This document shows, in pieces, positions 7,604 to 16,304 of a DNA stretch of 39,517 nt (position 1 is the first letter of the stretch; each line of letters begins with the position of its first letter). Below the pieces are notes generated by a model. That model made no database searches and was not told where the DNA came from. It worked only from the letters and a program-made list of their open reading frames with translations. Source of the stretch: an uncultured Oscillibacter sp. (GTDB taxonomy: Bacteria; Bacillota; Clostridia; Oscillospirales; Oscillospiraceae); contig CALAAN010000292.1 in the NCBI GenBank assembly GCA_937884915.1, positions 1 through 39,517 on the forward strand, in the 5' to 3' direction. The translations under genes and the position numbers were made by a program.

Positions 7604-9229
7604 TCAATACACTCTCCGCGTCCGCTTCTGCCGCTTCATCTGGTCGATGAGCTTTTCTCTCGGCTTCTCCGGCTCGGTGAGCACCGTCATCCGCTGCTGG
7701 TGCCGCACCGCGTAGGTGATCGCCGCGCCCATCACAAGGTCGTCGTGCTTCCCGGCGAGCGCCTCCGGCCGGTGATCCTCGTTGTAGCAGAACGTCAGCA
7801 TCTCTTCGAGCAGCTCCCGGTCGGTGAACCATTCCGGGTGCGAGGAGAATACCTCCACGAGATTCGCAATGGCGCGCGGGCGCGATTGCCGGTCGGTGCG
7901 GAAGCCGAAGCTCTTCTTCATCTGCCGCGTGTACGTGTCCTCCCGCTCGCGGCTGTACTGGTTCGGATACTCCATCTCCTGGAGCTTCATCGCCGGGTAG
8001 GTGGAAAAGTTCGTCTCGATGGCGACGAGCGCGTCGTTGTAGAATCTCCCGAGCGCGTAGATCTGCCGGACATATTCCGGCTCGCTGTACTTCTGCCGCA
8101 GCTTCGCCGCGATCCTGCCCGTGACGTTGTTGATAACAACGGCCGTGAAGTAGTCCGAGCCTTCGCCCGCCGTGTCGCCGCCGAGCACATACGGAACGCC
8201 CTCCTCCGGCAGCTCGTAGAGCGTGATCGCGCCGGTCTCGCTCTCCGTCCACTCGCCGTTTGCAAACTCGCCGCGCCCGACCGGTTCGGGCAGCCGCTCC
8301 AGCCGCAGGACGATCTGCTCGTTGTCGAATACGCCCGTGCCGCTGTGCAGGAACGCTTCGCCCGGGCTTGCCGGATACTCCTGCCGGAACATGTCCAGAC
8401 TCCCGCCGCAGTTGTTCGCAATGCACCAGCGCCGCCATTGGAGCTGCTCGTCCGTCAGGTGATATGCGTCCCGCAGATCCCGCTCCTCCGGCGTCCATTC
8501 CGTCCCCGATACAACGGGCATAGAGTAATCCGGGTTTTCAAACCATGCGAAGAATACCGGCTCAAAGTCATTCTCCCCGGCCACGGCGGCGTCCCATCGC
8601 TCCTTGAAGTCCTCGAAGCCGTTTGCCGTGCTCTCGATGACGACCATCGTGCCCGGCAGACTCGGCACGGCCTGCAAGATGCCGGCAAGCGTGGAGGCTT
8701 TCCCGTCCGCGCCGTCCGGCCAGAAGGCGTACTCCGAAAGATGCACGCATTGCAGCGTGTCGGATCGTCCGATGCCGCGCCCGCCCGCCGTGGCGCAGCG
8801 GATCCGGGAGCGCAGCCCCGGCCTTGCCTCCCGCTCGCTGCGGAGCTTGGACGGGTTCTCAAACACCAGCTCCTGCGCGTTGGAGGATCGCATCATCGGC
8901 TTCACCGGCGCGGGCAGCTCGTCGTAGAAGAGCTTGCTCATCCGGAAGAGGTTCGCCGTCGCGTCCTCGCGGTGCGCAACGATGAGGGCGTTCGTGTTCT
9001 TCCGCGTCGCGCAGGCGTGGAAGATGAGACCCTCGGTCAGTGTGGAAAAGCCGAGCTGCCGGGCCTTGAGGATGATGAGCCGCACGGGTTTCCCCGCGTC
9101 CTGCTGGCGCTTCGCCACGGCGTAGAGCTTTCGCTGCGCGTCGTTCAGCCGGAACGGCACGACCGTCCCGCTCTTCGTCTTGATCTTCAGGCAGTTCTCG
9201 ATGTAGTCCCTGGCGATGCACGGGTTCAC
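7604..9229 (-). CDS. terL: Terminase large subunit, 541 aa
   Basis: Walker A ILKARQLGFST, Walker B 'VHLSEYAFW', ESTANG coupling motif, nuclease 'GGDTAGEGSD' and 'HDDLVM'. GTG start overlaps the terS stop. Confidence 0.95.
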   Translation of the reverse strand: MNPCIARDYIENCLKIKTKSGTVVPFRLNDAQRKLYAVAKRQQDAGKPVRLIILKARQLGFSTLTEGLIFHACATRKNTNALIVAHREDATANLFRMSKLFYDELPAPVKPMMRSSNAQELVFENPSKLRSEREARPGLRSRIRCATAGGRGIGRSDTLQCVHLSEYAFWPDGADGKASTLAGILQAVPSLPGTMVVIESTANGFEDFKERWDAAVAGENDFEPVFFAWFENPDYSMPVVSGTEWTPEERDLRDAYHLTDEQLQWRRWCIANNCGGSLDMFRQEYPASPGEAFLHSGTGVFDNEQIVLRLERLPEPVGRGEFANGEWTESETGAITLYELPEEGVPYVLGGDTAGEGSDYFTAVVINNVTGRIAAKLRQKYSEPEYVRQIYALGRFYNDALVAIETNFSTYPAMKLQEMEYPNQYSREREDTYTRQMKKSFGFRTDRQSRPRAIANLVEVFSSHPEWFTDRELLEEMLTFCYNEDHRPEALAGKHDDLVMGAAITYAVRHQQRMTVLTEPEKPREKLIDQMKRQKRTRRVY

Positions 9230-9669
9230 AGCTTCGATCCCTCCTGCCTTGCGAGCCAGTCCTCGATGCTCTCGGCGGCGCTCTGCTCGCCGTCCGCGAA
9301 GTTCATGTGCTCGTTGAGCTCGTGCAGCGCGCGGATGGCGCTGTTGGCGTCGAGCAGCTTCTCGCCGTTTCTCTCGTCCCGGCGCGTCTCCGGGTTCCAG
9401 CGGTAGGCCGGGACCTTCTCCATGCATGCTTTCACGATCTCCACGAGCCGCGTGCCGATCCACTCCTTGGAGATGCCCATCTCGTCGAAGAGCTTCTTCT
9501 CGAGCGAGCGCCGGTATTCGATCACGCCCGGCGTCTCCAGCAGCTTCGACGCGCGCGACGCGGCGCTCCTCGCGCTGTACCCCGCGGCGATAGCGGCGGC
9601 GGTGGCGTTCCCGGATTTGAGATATTCCTGTACGAATTTCCGCTGCTGCGGTGTAATGTCTTTTGCCAT
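9226..9669 (-). CDS. terS: Terminase small subunit, 147 aa
   Basis: 'TPQQRKFVQEYLKSGNATAAAIAAGYSARSA' Terminase_2 signature. Confidence 0.92.
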   Translation of the reverse strand: MAKDITPQQRKFVQEYLKSGNATAAAIAAGYSARSAASRASKLLETPGVIEYRRSLEKKLFDEMGISKEWIGTRLVEIVKACMEKVPAYRWNPETRRDERNGEKLLDANSAIRALHELNEHMNFADGEQSAAESIEDWLARQEGSKL

Positions 9670-9681
9670 TACTTTCCCTCC

Positions 9682-9957
9682 TCACATCGGCCAATACGCC
9701 GCATAAAAATCCCGGCGCAGCTCGTAGATCCTGCCCACCGGCACGCTCGTCTCGCGGCTCGCCGTCTCCGGCGATTTGTTTTTCAGCAGAACGGCGATGA
9801 GGGCACGCCCCTCGGCCCGCCCTTTCGCTGTGGTCTCTATCGTTTTCCGGATCTCGTCCTGCTCCGCCGGCGGCAAATTGCGGTACGCCTCCAGAAACGC
9901 ATGGACAATGCGCTGCTGCCAGACCGCCCCGCAGCCCTTCATCGGCCGGAATTTCAA
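9682..9957 (-). CDS. Small HTH-like protein, possible late transcription regulator, 91 aa
   Basis: C-terminal 'SPETASRETSVPVGRIYELRRDFY' HTH-like segment. Lies just before terS. Confidence 0.5.
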   Translation of the reverse strand: MKFRPMKGCGAVWQQRIVHAFLEAYRNLPPAEQDEIRKTIETTAKGRAEGRALIAVLLKNKSPETASRETSVPVGRIYELRRDFYAAYWPM

Positions 9958-10751
9958 CGCCGCATCACCTCCGTCTTCGCGGAGGCCCCGCCGACATTTG
10001 TTTTATCTGAACGCGCAGAGACGCGCGCGCCGTTGCCTTTTCTTTCCTTCTCCTTGCGGACGTAGCGGACATAGGCGCTATAGAATCCGCTCTCCTCGTC
10101 CCGCGTCTCGGTCTGCTCGCGGATGGAAGCGTCCTTCGGCAGCTTGATCTTACTGTGGGCATACACCGGCACCGGCTCGGTGTATATCGGTTTCTCCAGC
10201 CCGCGCGAGGGATGGTATTTCTTCTTTCCCTCCTCGCCCCTGGCGTTGGAGATCATGTACCGTGCAATGCCCGTATAGTCTCCGCGCCCGTCCAGACGCC
10301 GGTAGCTGACAGCTTCCTTCGGCCAGAGCGCACAGATCAGCTCATAGTCCATCGCCGGGAGGACGATGTGATAATGCGGGCGGGCATCCAGCTCTCCGCT
10401 TTTTCTTCCCTCCGCGTACACGTAGATGAGATTCTTTCCGTGCACCTTCCGATACGACGCGCGGAGTTTTCGCATAAACCGGCCGAACACCGTTTGAGCG
10501 GTCTCCCAGGATATTTCTTCCTCCGGGAAGGTGAGCGTGAGCCACAGATCCCCGCAGACAAAATTGCAGTTGAGCGTTCGGGCAAGGCTCTTTACGGCGT
10601 TGATCTCATTCCGGAGAATTTTCCTGATGCTGGACTTCTTAGCTCTCGTTCCCCGCCGGACGCGGCGATCCTCCCGGTTGGTCGGCATCATCGCGCGGCG
10701 GATCTCCTCCACCGGTCCCGCTATGATCTTGTACTCCATCAGCGCAAGCAC
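9954..10751 (-). CDS. HUH-endonuclease rolling-circle-type replication initiator, ~265 aa
   Basis: Motif I WLTLTF, motif II PHYHIVL, motif III IARYMIS. Confidence 0.8.
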   Translation of the reverse strand: MLALMEYKIIAGPVEEIRRAMMPTNREDRRVRRGTRAKKSSIRKILRNEINAVKSLARTLNCNFVCGDLWLTLTFPEEEISWETAQTVFGRFMRKLRASYRKVHGKNLIYVYAEGRKSGELDARPHYHIVLPAMDYELICALWPKEAVSYRRLDGRGDYTGIARYMISNARGEEGKKKYHPSRGLEKPIYTEPVPVYAHSKIKLPKDASIREQTETRDEESGFYSAYVRYVRKEKERKGNGARVSARSDKTNVGGASAKTEVMRR

Positions 10752-10800
10752 TCCTTTTTCCTCCTCGGTCGTTAAGTTATCCTTTTAACAAGTCCGCAAA

Positions 10801-10830
10801 AATTCGCGCACGCGCACGCGAATTATATAA
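10801..10830. other. Candidate replication origin hairpin
   Basis: AATTCGCG-cacgcgca-CGCGAATT followed by AT-rich ATATAA, directly upstream of rep. Confidence 0.4.
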
Positions 10831-10838
10831 GGTGTAAA

Positions 10839-10888
10839 GGCTCCCTTGTGCGAAGGGAGCTGTCAGCCGCAGGCTGACTGAGGGATTG
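10839..10888. repeat. REP-like double-hairpin element, copy 1
   Basis: GGCTCCCTT-gtgcg-AAGGGAGCT followed by GTCAGCC-gca-GGCTGAC TGAGGGATTG. Near-identical to 33976-34023. Confidence 0.8.
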
Positions 10889-10947
10889 TTTCCGCCCTCA
10901 TTTCCGCCGCCGTCCCCGGCAGCAGAAATCAAACCGGAAATTTCCTC

Positions 10948-10976
10948 TTGCTTATATCACGGTATCGTGATATAAT
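10948..10976 (+). promoter_or_regulatory. Moron promoter with palindromic operator
   Basis: TTGCTT-17-TATAAT. Palindrome TTATATCACG-gtat-CGTGATATAA at 10952-10975. Confidence 0.8.
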
Positions 10977-11004
10977 GTAGTCACAAACGAAAGGAGGCAT
11001 TATC

Positions 11005-11259
11005 ATGCCGGTAGTCGCCCGATTTTATGGGATCATCGTGAAAATGTATCTTCTCGACGGAGAGCACAATCCCCCGCACGTCCACATTCTTTATGGAGAG
11101 AAGAACGGCGTCCTTGATCTCAACACGCTCACGTTCAAAGAATGTGACCTTCCCACGAAAGCCCGCGCCCTCGTCCTCGAATGGGCTTCCGCGTACCAGC
11201 AGGAGCTTCTCACCATGTGGAAAACGCAGTCGTTCCGCGTGCTCCCGCCTCTCGAATGA
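11005..11259 (+). CDS. DUF4160 family putative toxin, 84 aa
   Basis: MPVVARFYGIIVKMY...EHNPPHVH...LVLEWA...LPPL signature. Confidence 0.88.
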   Translation: MPVVARFYGIIVKMYLLDGEHNPPHVHILYGEKNGVLDLNTLTFKECDLPTKARALVLEWASAYQQELLTMWKTQSFRVLPPLE

Positions 11260-11289
11260 GGCAGGAGCTTTCCGGAAAGGAGGTATCTC

Positions 11290-11727
11290 ATGTTTCATAA
11301 ACTCAAATCCGTCACGCCGCTTCCGGACTATAGGCTCCTCGCCAATTTCTCGGACGGCTCCGTGAAGTCCTACGACTTCCGCCCGCTCTTCGACCGCATG
11401 GAGGTGTATGTCCCGCTGCGGGAATCTCCCGCGCTCTGGGCGTCCGCCGCCGTCGATCCCGGCGGCTACGGCGTTTCATGGTCGGACGAGATCGACATTT
11501 CCGCCGAGGAGCTGTGGGAGCACGGCGTCGCCGCCGAAAGCCCGTTCTCCGGTCTGCTCTCGTTCGCCGACGCCACCGGTTTATGGGGTCTCAGCGAAAG
11601 CGCCCTGCGCAAGGCCGTGGAATACCGGAAGCTCACCGTCGGCGTCGATGTCCAGAAGTTCGGCAAGCAATGGGTCGTCACCCGCTCCGCCATGGAACGC
11701 GAGTATGGCCATCCGCCGCGCCAATAA
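11290..11727 (+). CDS. DUF2442 family putative antitoxin fused to a C-terminal HTH, 145 aa
   Basis: 'VTPLPDYRLLANFSDG...VDPGGYGVSWSDEIDISAEELW' followed by 'LLSFADATGLWGLSESALRKA...KFGKQWVVT'. Confidence 0.85.
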   Translation: MFHKLKSVTPLPDYRLLANFSDGSVKSYDFRPLFDRMEVYVPLRESPALWASAAVDPGGYGVSWSDEIDISAEELWEHGVAAESPFSGLLSFADATGLWGLSESALRKAVEYRKLTVGVDVQKFGKQWVVTRSAMEREYGHPPRQ

Positions 11728-11737
11728 GGAGTTCGCA

Positions 11738-12283
11738 ATGAAACAGCAAGACCGCTATTGTTTCCCTGCCGTGTTCACCTATGAGCCGGGGCAGGAGATC
11801 GCCGTGGTGTTCCCGGATCTCGACGTTGCCACCAGCGGCGAAACGCAGGACGACGCTTTCCGCTCTGCCAGGGAGCTCCTCGGCTGCGTGCTTTTCGGCA
11901 TGGAAGAGGACGGAGAGAAGATCCCCACGCCGTCGTCCCTGGAATCTCTGCATATGGACGCAAACGAGCGCAGCGCCCTGATCGACGTGTATATGCCCGC
12001 CGTCCGGCTGGCCAAATCCGGTAAAGCCGTTTATCCCATTGTCCTCACGCCCGATCCGTCCGGCGGCTACGCCGTCCGTGTCCCCGGTCTGGATATCAAT
12101 ACCGAGGGCGATACCGTCCCCGAATGTATCGACATGGCGCGCGAGGCCATCGGCCTCTGGGGTATCTGTGAGGAAGATTCCGGCCGCGCCGTTCCCGCTC
12201 CCGCGTCGCTGTCCCCGGAGCACGAACCCGGCGAGATCGTCACGCTCGTGGACGTGGACTTTGATACCTACCGCCGTTCTTGA
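11738..12283 (+). CDS. hicB: Tandem HicB-like antitoxin domains without DNA-binding domain, 181 aa
   Basis: Two repeats of Y/FPAVF...V.FPDL...TxG.T..A...ARE.LG......IP.PS. AAGGAG RBS before ATG 11738. Confidence 0.8.
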   Translation: MKQQDRYCFPAVFTYEPGQEIAVVFPDLDVATSGETQDDAFRSARELLGCVLFGMEEDGEKIPTPSSLESLHMDANERSALIDVYMPAVRLAKSGKAVYPIVLTPDPSGGYAVRVPGLDINTEGDTVPECIDMAREAIGLWGICEEDSGRAVPAPASLSPEHEPGEIVTLVDVDFDTYRRS

Positions 12284-12293
12284 ATACGCCTTC

Positions 12294-12320
12294 GCCCGCC
12301 GGTCTCCCGGCGGGCTTTTT
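12294..12320 (+). terminator. Intrinsic terminator of the TA moron
   Basis: GCCCGCCGG-tctc-CCGGCGGGC-TTTTT. Confidence 0.8.
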
Positions 12321-12346
12321 CTGTCCTTTTATTCCTCCGGCGCGTA

Positions 12347-13327
12347 TTATCCGCACCTCCCGATCAGCGTTTCCAAAATCTTCCTCGTCCCCGCGAGCAG
12401 CTTTCCCGCCGTCTCGCCGTCCGTGCTCTTCATCACATGCAGCTTTTCCACTGCCAGATTGAAGTTCTCCTGCGCGAGCTTCACGAGCAATATCACCTCG
12501 TTCGCCCCGCTCTGCGCGGCTGCGAGCCGTTTTCGCAGCTCTTCGGCCTCGGCTCTGGCCTTTTCCGCCGCCGCGCCCGCGCTCTTTCCGGCGTCCCTCG
12601 CGGCGCTCTCCGCGGCTTTCAGCCGCTTTTCCAGCTCGGCCACGGCCTTTTTCTTTTCCTCCGCGGCGGCGGCCTTCGCCTCCTCTACGGCCCTCTGCAC
12701 CGCCGTCTCGTCGATGGCGACCTCCACCGGGCGGTTCTCCGTCTCGCGCAGCATCGCCTCCATCTTCTGCGCCGCGTCCTCGGCGTCCTCGCGCTTCACG
12801 CGCTGATCCTCGAGCGCGTCCTTCGTCTCGGCAAGCTCGGCCTCGGCGTCCCGCAGCGCCTTCTGCGCCGCCCCGAGCTCCCTGTCCGCCGTCTCCAGAC
12901 TCTTTCGCGCCTCGTCCCGCTCGCGGATCGCCTCTTCGAGATCGCGGGCCGAAATGTGCTCGGCGTCCACCTCGCGGGCAAACTCCTCGCGTTCCTCCTC
13001 CGGCACGGCCAAAAGCCGCAAAGCATTGGAAACACTGATTTTTCCCAACGTTGGGAAAATGTTCTCCACGCCCAGAAGCGACCCCTGCGCGGCCCCGTAC
13101 TCGTTGTAGAGCTTGATGAAGCGGTACGCGCTCGACTTGCTGATCTCCGTTTCGCGCTCCACCCATCCGGCGAAGTCCTCGCCTACCTTGTCCTTCGCAA
13201 GCTGTAGCCGGTACCCGATCTGGATGCCGTATTCCAGCACCATCTGCCGCGCCTGCCGCGTCAGCAGCCGGATCTCGCCGCCGAGCTGCTCCGGCGTCAT
13301 GTCCTCGGTCTTGATAATGTCATTCAC
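12347..13327 (-). CDS. DUF3102 domain coiled-coil protein, ~326 aa
   Basis: 'IQIGYRLQLAKDKVG.DFAGWVERETEISKSSAYRFIKLY' signature. GTG overlaps the upstream stop. Confidence 0.8.
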   Translation of the reverse strand: MNDIIKTEDMTPEQLGGEIRLLTRQARQMVLEYGIQIGYRLQLAKDKVGEDFAGWVERETEISKSSAYRFIKLYNEYGAAQGSLLGVENIFPTLGKISVSNALRLLAVPEEEREEFAREVDAEHISARDLEEAIRERDEARKSLETADRELGAAQKALRDAEAELAETKDALEDQRVKREDAEDAAQKMEAMLRETENRPVEVAIDETAVQRAVEEAKAAAAEEKKKAVAELEKRLKAAESAARDAGKSAGAAAEKARAEAEELRKRLAAAQSGANEVILLVKLAQENFNLAVEKLHVMKSTDGETAGKLLAGTRKILETLIGRCG

Positions 13328-14934
13328 GCTGCGCTTGTCCTCCGTTTCCGGCCGGAGCGTACCCACTCCAGCCATGTATTTTCAAAGTTCCGCACCTCTT
13401 CGGTGCGCGCACAGTTGCGCATGCCCCGGTTCTCCGTCACCGAGAGCTGCTTCTCGTTGAAGTTGAGTGTGAACCACGGCTCATCCGGCTTGTCCTTCCG
13501 CCGGATGAAGAAGATCGTGAGCCCGCCCCGCGCGTGCCGCTCGGCGTAGGAGGCGACGCAGTGGTGCAGCGCCTTGCCCTCGGCGACGAGTTCTTCCTCC
13601 GTCGCGCACGGGCGGATGAAGATGCCGCCGTCCTCGAACGCATACTTCTTCATGCGCTCATACCGCTGTTGAAAACGCTCCCGCCGCTCCGCGGCGGCCT
13701 TTGCCTTCTGCCGCTCCTGCATCCGGTCGTGCGCCCGCCGGAGATTCTGCGGCCACATCGCGTCCCGGTCGCCGAGATCCTCGCCGAGCTTCTCGGCCAT
13801 ATTCCAGTAGTCCAGCAGATACCCCGGCCACAGCCGGCTCTTATACCGCGCCGCCTGCCTGTCAAGATACCTCTCCGCCTTTGCCGGCAGCACGCCGCGC
13901 TTCAAAAAGTCCTCCTGTTGGCTCTCCGTTACCTTCGTGACCTCCTCGCCGAGACGGCAGGCCACGCCGTATTTCCGCGCGAGCAGCAGCGCCTTCAGAC
14001 GCTTCGGCGCGTCCTCCGCGCCGTTGAAGCAGGCAAGCTCTTCCTTCGTCAGCCGCAGCATCTCGTGCGGCTTTCGCTTTTTCCAGTCCGCGCCGTGCAG
14101 TACGTCGGTCCTTTCCGACCAGTTTTTGTTATACGCCGGAGAGCGCTTCCCCTCGGCGATGAGCGCCGCCGCGAGCTTCTTCGCGTTCGGCGCCATCAGC
14201 GCCTCGGCGGTGCGGTGCCGCTGCCATAGCTTCATCCATGTGACCGGGAAGCGGTATTCCGTCTCTATGTCCATGTAGGTCTCCAGCTTGCAGTCGGCGC
14301 ACTCCGTCTGCGCGTAGACGTTGGCCAGCCCCTCCGGGCAGTACACAAGATCCACGTCGAACATCGTGTCGCCGAAGCGTTTCCGCTCCTGCCAGCCGGG
14401 GATAATGTAGGTCGCGGTCGTGAATTTCCGCCAGTGCCGCCAGCGCGCGGCGCTCGTCCCGCCGAAGGCGTATACCTCCCACGGGTCAACGCGCCATGTG
14501 ACGCGCCCGCTCTTCTCCACGTCCCGGCACACCCGCCAGAGATAGAGCAGCAGCTTCCCGCCCCGCGCCTCCGCCGTCATCGGCCAGACGCAGCGTTCGA
14601 GACGCCGCGCGTTTGACACATGCCGCGCCTCCACCGCCTCGCCGCACATCGGGCAGGCGAGCCTGTCGCCGCTTATAAGTGCATCCCCGCTCACCGGGTG
14701 GCGAAAGCCGAACGGCGCGCTGTACCCCGCGTGGCCGCAGCCGCCGCCCGGCACATATGGCATCTTCACCGTCTCCCCGCACGCCGAGCATACGGCGTCC
14801 GCGCATTTGTGCCGCAGCCCCGTCAGGGGATCCGTCTGCCGTCCGGCGCGGTAGATGAAATAATCCCGCCAGTTAAGCCGTTGCGCCTTTACCCAGTCGA
14901 GCAGCCCTTCCGGCGGCGTTTCCGAGAGAGTCAT
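13324..14934 (-). CDS. PcfJ domain protein with N-terminal Zn fingers, 536 aa
   Basis: 'DYWNMA...WPQNLRRAHD...EGKALHHCVASY...IFFIR...P.FT' PcfJ motifs and CxxC pairs. Confidence 0.85.
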   Translation of the reverse strand: MTLSETPPEGLLDWVKAQRLNWRDYFIYRAGRQTDPLTGLRHKCADAVCSACGETVKMPYVPGGGCGHAGYSAPFGFRHPVSGDALISGDRLACPMCGEAVEARHVSNARRLERCVWPMTAEARGGKLLLYLWRVCRDVEKSGRVTWRVDPWEVYAFGGTSAARWRHWRKFTTATYIIPGWQERKRFGDTMFDVDLVYCPEGLANVYAQTECADCKLETYMDIETEYRFPVTWMKLWQRHRTAEALMAPNAKKLAAALIAEGKRSPAYNKNWSERTDVLHGADWKKRKPHEMLRLTKEELACFNGAEDAPKRLKALLLARKYGVACRLGEEVTKVTESQQEDFLKRGVLPAKAERYLDRQAARYKSRLWPGYLLDYWNMAEKLGEDLGDRDAMWPQNLRRAHDRMQERQKAKAAAERRERFQQRYERMKKYAFEDGGIFIRPCATEEELVAEGKALHHCVASYAERHARGGLTIFFIRRKDKPDEPWFTLNFNEKQLSVTENRGMRNCARTEEVRNFENTWLEWVRSGRKRRTSAA

Positions 14935-15287
14935 AAAAACGCCCCCAGATCGATGATCTCGGCATTGCCCTCAACGCCGCCCGCAGGGGCGGGGCTCTGC
15001 TCCGCCCGCGCCGCCAGCCCGTAAAACTCCCGCAAAATCCGCTCGGTCTCCGCGCCCGTCACGCACGCAAAGTTCCCGGTCTTATGCGCGTCCGCGTATG
15101 CCTTGATCTTCTTCTCGGCCTGCTGAATGCTCATCTCCGGGATATCAAGATCCCTGTCGAGCAGCTCCGCGCTCTCCGGCTCCCGCCGTGCCATGTCCTT
15201 GAGCTGCTCGCCCACCATCCACGCGGCGGTGCGCCCCTTTTCCTTCGCCTGCTGCCGCTCGATCTTTTCCATGACCGGCATACACAT
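14931..15287 (-). CDS. PcfK-like protein, 118 aa
   Basis: 'IKAYADAHKTGNFACVTGAETERILREFYGL' pattern. Translationally coupled to pcfJ. GAAAGGA RBS. Confidence 0.6.
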   Translation of the reverse strand: MCMPVMEKIERQQAKEKGRTAAWMVGEQLKDMARREPESAELLDRDLDIPEMSIQQAEKKIKAYADAHKTGNFACVTGAETERILREFYGLAARAEQSPAPAGGVEGNAEIIDLGAFL

Positions 15288-15361
15288 CCGTCCTTTCTCC
15301 GGCCTGCCATCTTCAGGCATGGGCGGCCATCCCCATGCGACGGGCTTTCCGCCCGTTTCGG

Positions 15362-15442
15362 CTAAAAGATATGCCCCAGCACCGCGAGCAGCGCCGCCAT
15401 AGCGGCGCACGCCCCGCAAGCCCACATGACCCGCTCACGCAT
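15362..15442 (-). CDS. Possible 26-aa hydrophobic peptide
   Basis: MRERVMWACGACAAMAALLAVLGHIF, overlapping the end of the Lar-like gene. Confidence 0.35.
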   Translation of the reverse strand: MRERVMWACGACAAMAALLAVLGHIF

Positions 15443-15650
15443 CCTTCGCCCTCCTGTTCCACCGCCGCTCGATCTCGAGCCTTGCCTGCCGCTGCGGATC
15501 TTTCATCCCCGGCGGCGCCGGGTACAGCGTGTGCATCTCCGCGCCGCAGGCAACGCAGCGGATCGTCGCGATGTATGTCCCCATCGGATGCCCCTTCGCC
15601 GGGGCAATGGAGCGGCGCGCCTCTGCGCCGCAGAACGGGCAGGGCTTCAT
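15435..15650 (-). CDS. Lar-family restriction alleviation-like Zn-finger protein, 71 aa
   Basis: MKPCPFCGAEA...CVACG...WNRR signature. Confidence 0.8.
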   Translation of the reverse strand: MKPCPFCGAEARRSIAPAKGHPMGTYIATIRCVACGAEMHTLYPAPPGMKDPQRQARLEIERRWNRRAKDA

Positions 15651-15856
15651 CCGTGCCGCCCTCCTCTCCGGAGCAGCGCCGCGTCCGGCAGCCGCATCCA
15701 GCGGCAGATGTCCGCCGCGAAGGAGATGTAGCCGTAAAGCGCAAACAGCGCCTCGATGATCCCGAACCCCTTTCCGTTCAGCCAGATGAAGAAGATCACC
15801 GCGCTCATCAGCGCCATGATCATCGCCGTGACAAACATTGCCTTGCTCCTGCTCAT
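15647..15856 (-). CDS. Small two-TM membrane protein, 69 aa
   Basis: MSRSKAMFVTAMIMALMSAVIFFIWL... ATGA coupling on both sides. Confidence 0.7.
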   Translation of the reverse strand: MSRSKAMFVTAMIMALMSAVIFFIWLNGKGFGIIEALFALYGYISFAADICRWMRLPDAALLRRGGRHG

Positions 15857-16116
15857 TTCGTTTTCCTCTCTCTCTTTTTGTTGGGGCAGAAATGGAACCT
15901 GTGCGCCGCCCCGCGCATCTCGTCCTCCTCGCACTCTACGACCGGCAGCGGCGTGCCGCTGTTGGTGTAGAGCGTCACCATGTCGCGCTCGCCCTCTTCG
16001 GCCCGGCGGAAGCGGTACGGCGTCAGCGACGCTTCCACGCACAGCGTCCCCCGCGGCCCCGGCACGAACAGCACCGGCCGCCCGCAGTATTTGCACTTCG
16101 TCTCTTTCGGTATCAT
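15853..16116 (-). CDS. Zn-binding hypothetical phage protein, 87 aa
   Basis: CKYCG...HFCP. Coupled overlaps with neighbours. Confidence 0.7.
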   Translation of the reverse strand: MIPKETKCKYCGRPVLFVPGPRGTLCVEASLTPYRFRRAEEGERDMVTLYTNSGTPLPVVECEEDEMRGAAHRFHFCPNKKRERKTK

Positions 16117-16304
16117 CGAATCTTTCCTTTCTTTTTGCACCACTCCGGCGTCCTCACACTGTCCGGATACGGATTCCCCTCCCGAACAACATGAATCACC
16201 CGCCCGAACTTGTCGCCGTTCTCACGGCAGAAGCACCGCACCGCCTGCTTCCCCTGCGGCCACTGGTCCAGCGCGATGTGCGGGCATCCCCTGCACGTCT
16301 TCAT
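16113..16304 (-). CDS. Cys-rich hypothetical protein, 63 aa
   Basis: MKTCRGCPH...RC...TPEWC. ATGA overlap. Confidence 0.65.
   Translation of the reverse strand: MKTCRGCPHIALDQWPQGKQAVRCFCRENGDKFGRVIHVVREGNPYPDSVRTPEWCKKKGKIR

Noticed and set aside
7541..9406. Long plus-strand ORFs antisense to structural genes (also 4795..6381, 27670..29181, 30856..32481, 35545..36777)
   Set aside because: Shadow ORFs of high-GC coding strands with no RBS or recognisable motifs.
9230..9694. N-terminal extension of TerL in the ORF track
   Set aside because: Overlaps terS in another frame. The GTG at 9229 coupled to the terS stop is the plausible start.
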